Below are positions 63,000-64,000 of a stretch of 64,000 bases of DNA, piece by piece. The notes beneath the pieces are model-generated. The model did not search any database. It was given only the letters and a program-made list of their open reading frames with translations, and was not told the DNA's origin. A program made the translations under genes and the position numbers. The stretch covers positions 310,001 through 374,000 of the forward strand of contig JAPDFW010000081.1 of the NCBI GenBank assembly GCA_028826165.1, in the 5' to 3' direction. Positions within the stretch are counted from its first letter, which is position 1. Every line of letters begins with the position of its first letter. Source of the DNA: Anaeramoeba ignava BMAN. Its lineage: Eukaryota > Protista > Anaeramoebae.

Positions 63000-63320
63000 G
63001 ATCTTAATTGATCTGAAAATTCTTAAAAAAAAAAATTATAATTTGTTTTTTTTCTTTTTTTGGATTAACGTTGAAAATTACACATATTTGAATAGTAGAT
63101 CAAAGTTGAGCCATCGATTTGAATTTGATAGGTTTTTTGATTATTTGTTTTGATTTTCAGTTTCAATTCTTTCTTTTTTTTTTCTTTCTTTCTTTCTTTT
63201 TTTCTTTCTTCTTTTTTTTTTTGTATTTTTGAAATTAAAAGAATTGAAAAAAAAAAATTTTAAATTAAATTTTCATTTTTTTTTCATTTTTTTTTTATTT
63301 AAATTTTAACTTATTTAAAA

Positions 63321-64000
63321 ATGTCAAAAATATCAAGAGACTTTTTAAAAATTATTGCTCAAGGAATGGGAATTTCAAATTTATCAGATTCTATAAGTCT
63401 TTTACTTGTTTCTGATGTTGAATATAAAATTAGAGAATTAATTTTTGAATCAAAAAAATTTATGAAACACGAAAAAAGAAATAAATTAATTCCAAGAGAT
63501 ATTAATTTTGCATTAGAATTAAAAAACTTTTCTGTAATCAATTTATTATAAAAATTTATTATAAAAATTTATTATAAAAATTTATTAAAAATCAAAATGA
63601 ATTTTTGCTTGTGAAACTTTCTTTCTTTTTTTAATAATATTTTAATAATATAATACTCACACAAACTTCTTCAATTTAATTTCCTCATAAAAACCCTTTA
63701 TGTATTTTGCAGAGATTGTATGGATATAACTGTTCAAATCCTGTCAAATTTCAGCACGCAATAAGACAGCCTGATTTATTCTATTTAGACGATCCAGTTA
63801 TAGATGTGGAAGATCTAATCGCACAACCTTATCCAAAATATCCTCTTGATATTCATTTCACGGCCCATTGGTTGGCAGTGTGCGGCAATCAGCCAGAAAT
63901 ACATGAAAATCCAATTAGAGTCAAAACCAGAGAAGAAACAAATAAACAAATAATTTCAACGGAAAAAATCATTCAAAATACAAAAAAAAAACGCACAGGA
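63321..64000 (+). CDS. TAF6: TFIID subunit TAF6 (5' part; exons 63321-63533 and 63713 to beyond the window end)
   Basis: H4-like histone fold (IAQGMGISNLSD...DVEYKIRELIFESKKFMKHEKRNKLIPRDINFAL) spliced to RLYGY...DLFYLDD...PLDIHFTAHWLAVCGNQPEIHENP, the TAF6 signature. Confidence 0.93.

Noticed and set aside
1-64000. tRNA, rRNA, transposase or intein sequences
   Set aside because: None recognisable by eye. A tRNAscan/Infernal/HMM search would be needed to exclude small or divergent ones.

Overview
Very AT-rich, gene-dense eukaryotic (protist) genomic DNA with the standard code and GT-AG spliceosomal introns. The gene style (RCC1-BTB, ankyrin-BTB and BTB-TLDc expansions, ENENEN/SKSKSK low-complexity tracts, intron-rich Rab1-like gene) resembles the anaerobic metamonad amoeba Anaeramoeba; this is an inference, not a database result. 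About 20 gene models were built by hand. They include a tandem array of RCC1-BTB-BTB genes flanked by copies of a ubiquitin-like gene, VDAC, ABITRAM/FAM206A, a RasGEF, a GPR137-like membrane protein, threonyl-tRNA synthetase, a FYVE-ARM protein, a small Tim, a degenerate PARP-fold protein, ankyrin-BTB, RPS13, BTB-BACK-TLDc, a ~14.7-kb repetitive RA-RA-PH gene, an 8-exon Rab1-like gene, a RhoGAP and TAF6. The most notable signals are five: (1) codon-block hypervariability at equivalent loop positions of otherwise near-identical RCC1-BTB paralogs, a candidate diversifying recognition/ubiquitination repertoire; (2) a gene-free satellite island (28.8-33.2 kb) whose three different arrays share one core motif; (3) long introns each filled with its own G-poor microsatellite, with a synonymous base skew that resets at these tracts; (4) a giant MRL-like adaptor carrying a 5x repeated unrecognised ~228-aa domain; (5) multiplied TCATTT initiator-like motifs before most ATGs. 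Many single-base frameshifts lie in homopolymers and may be assembly errors.
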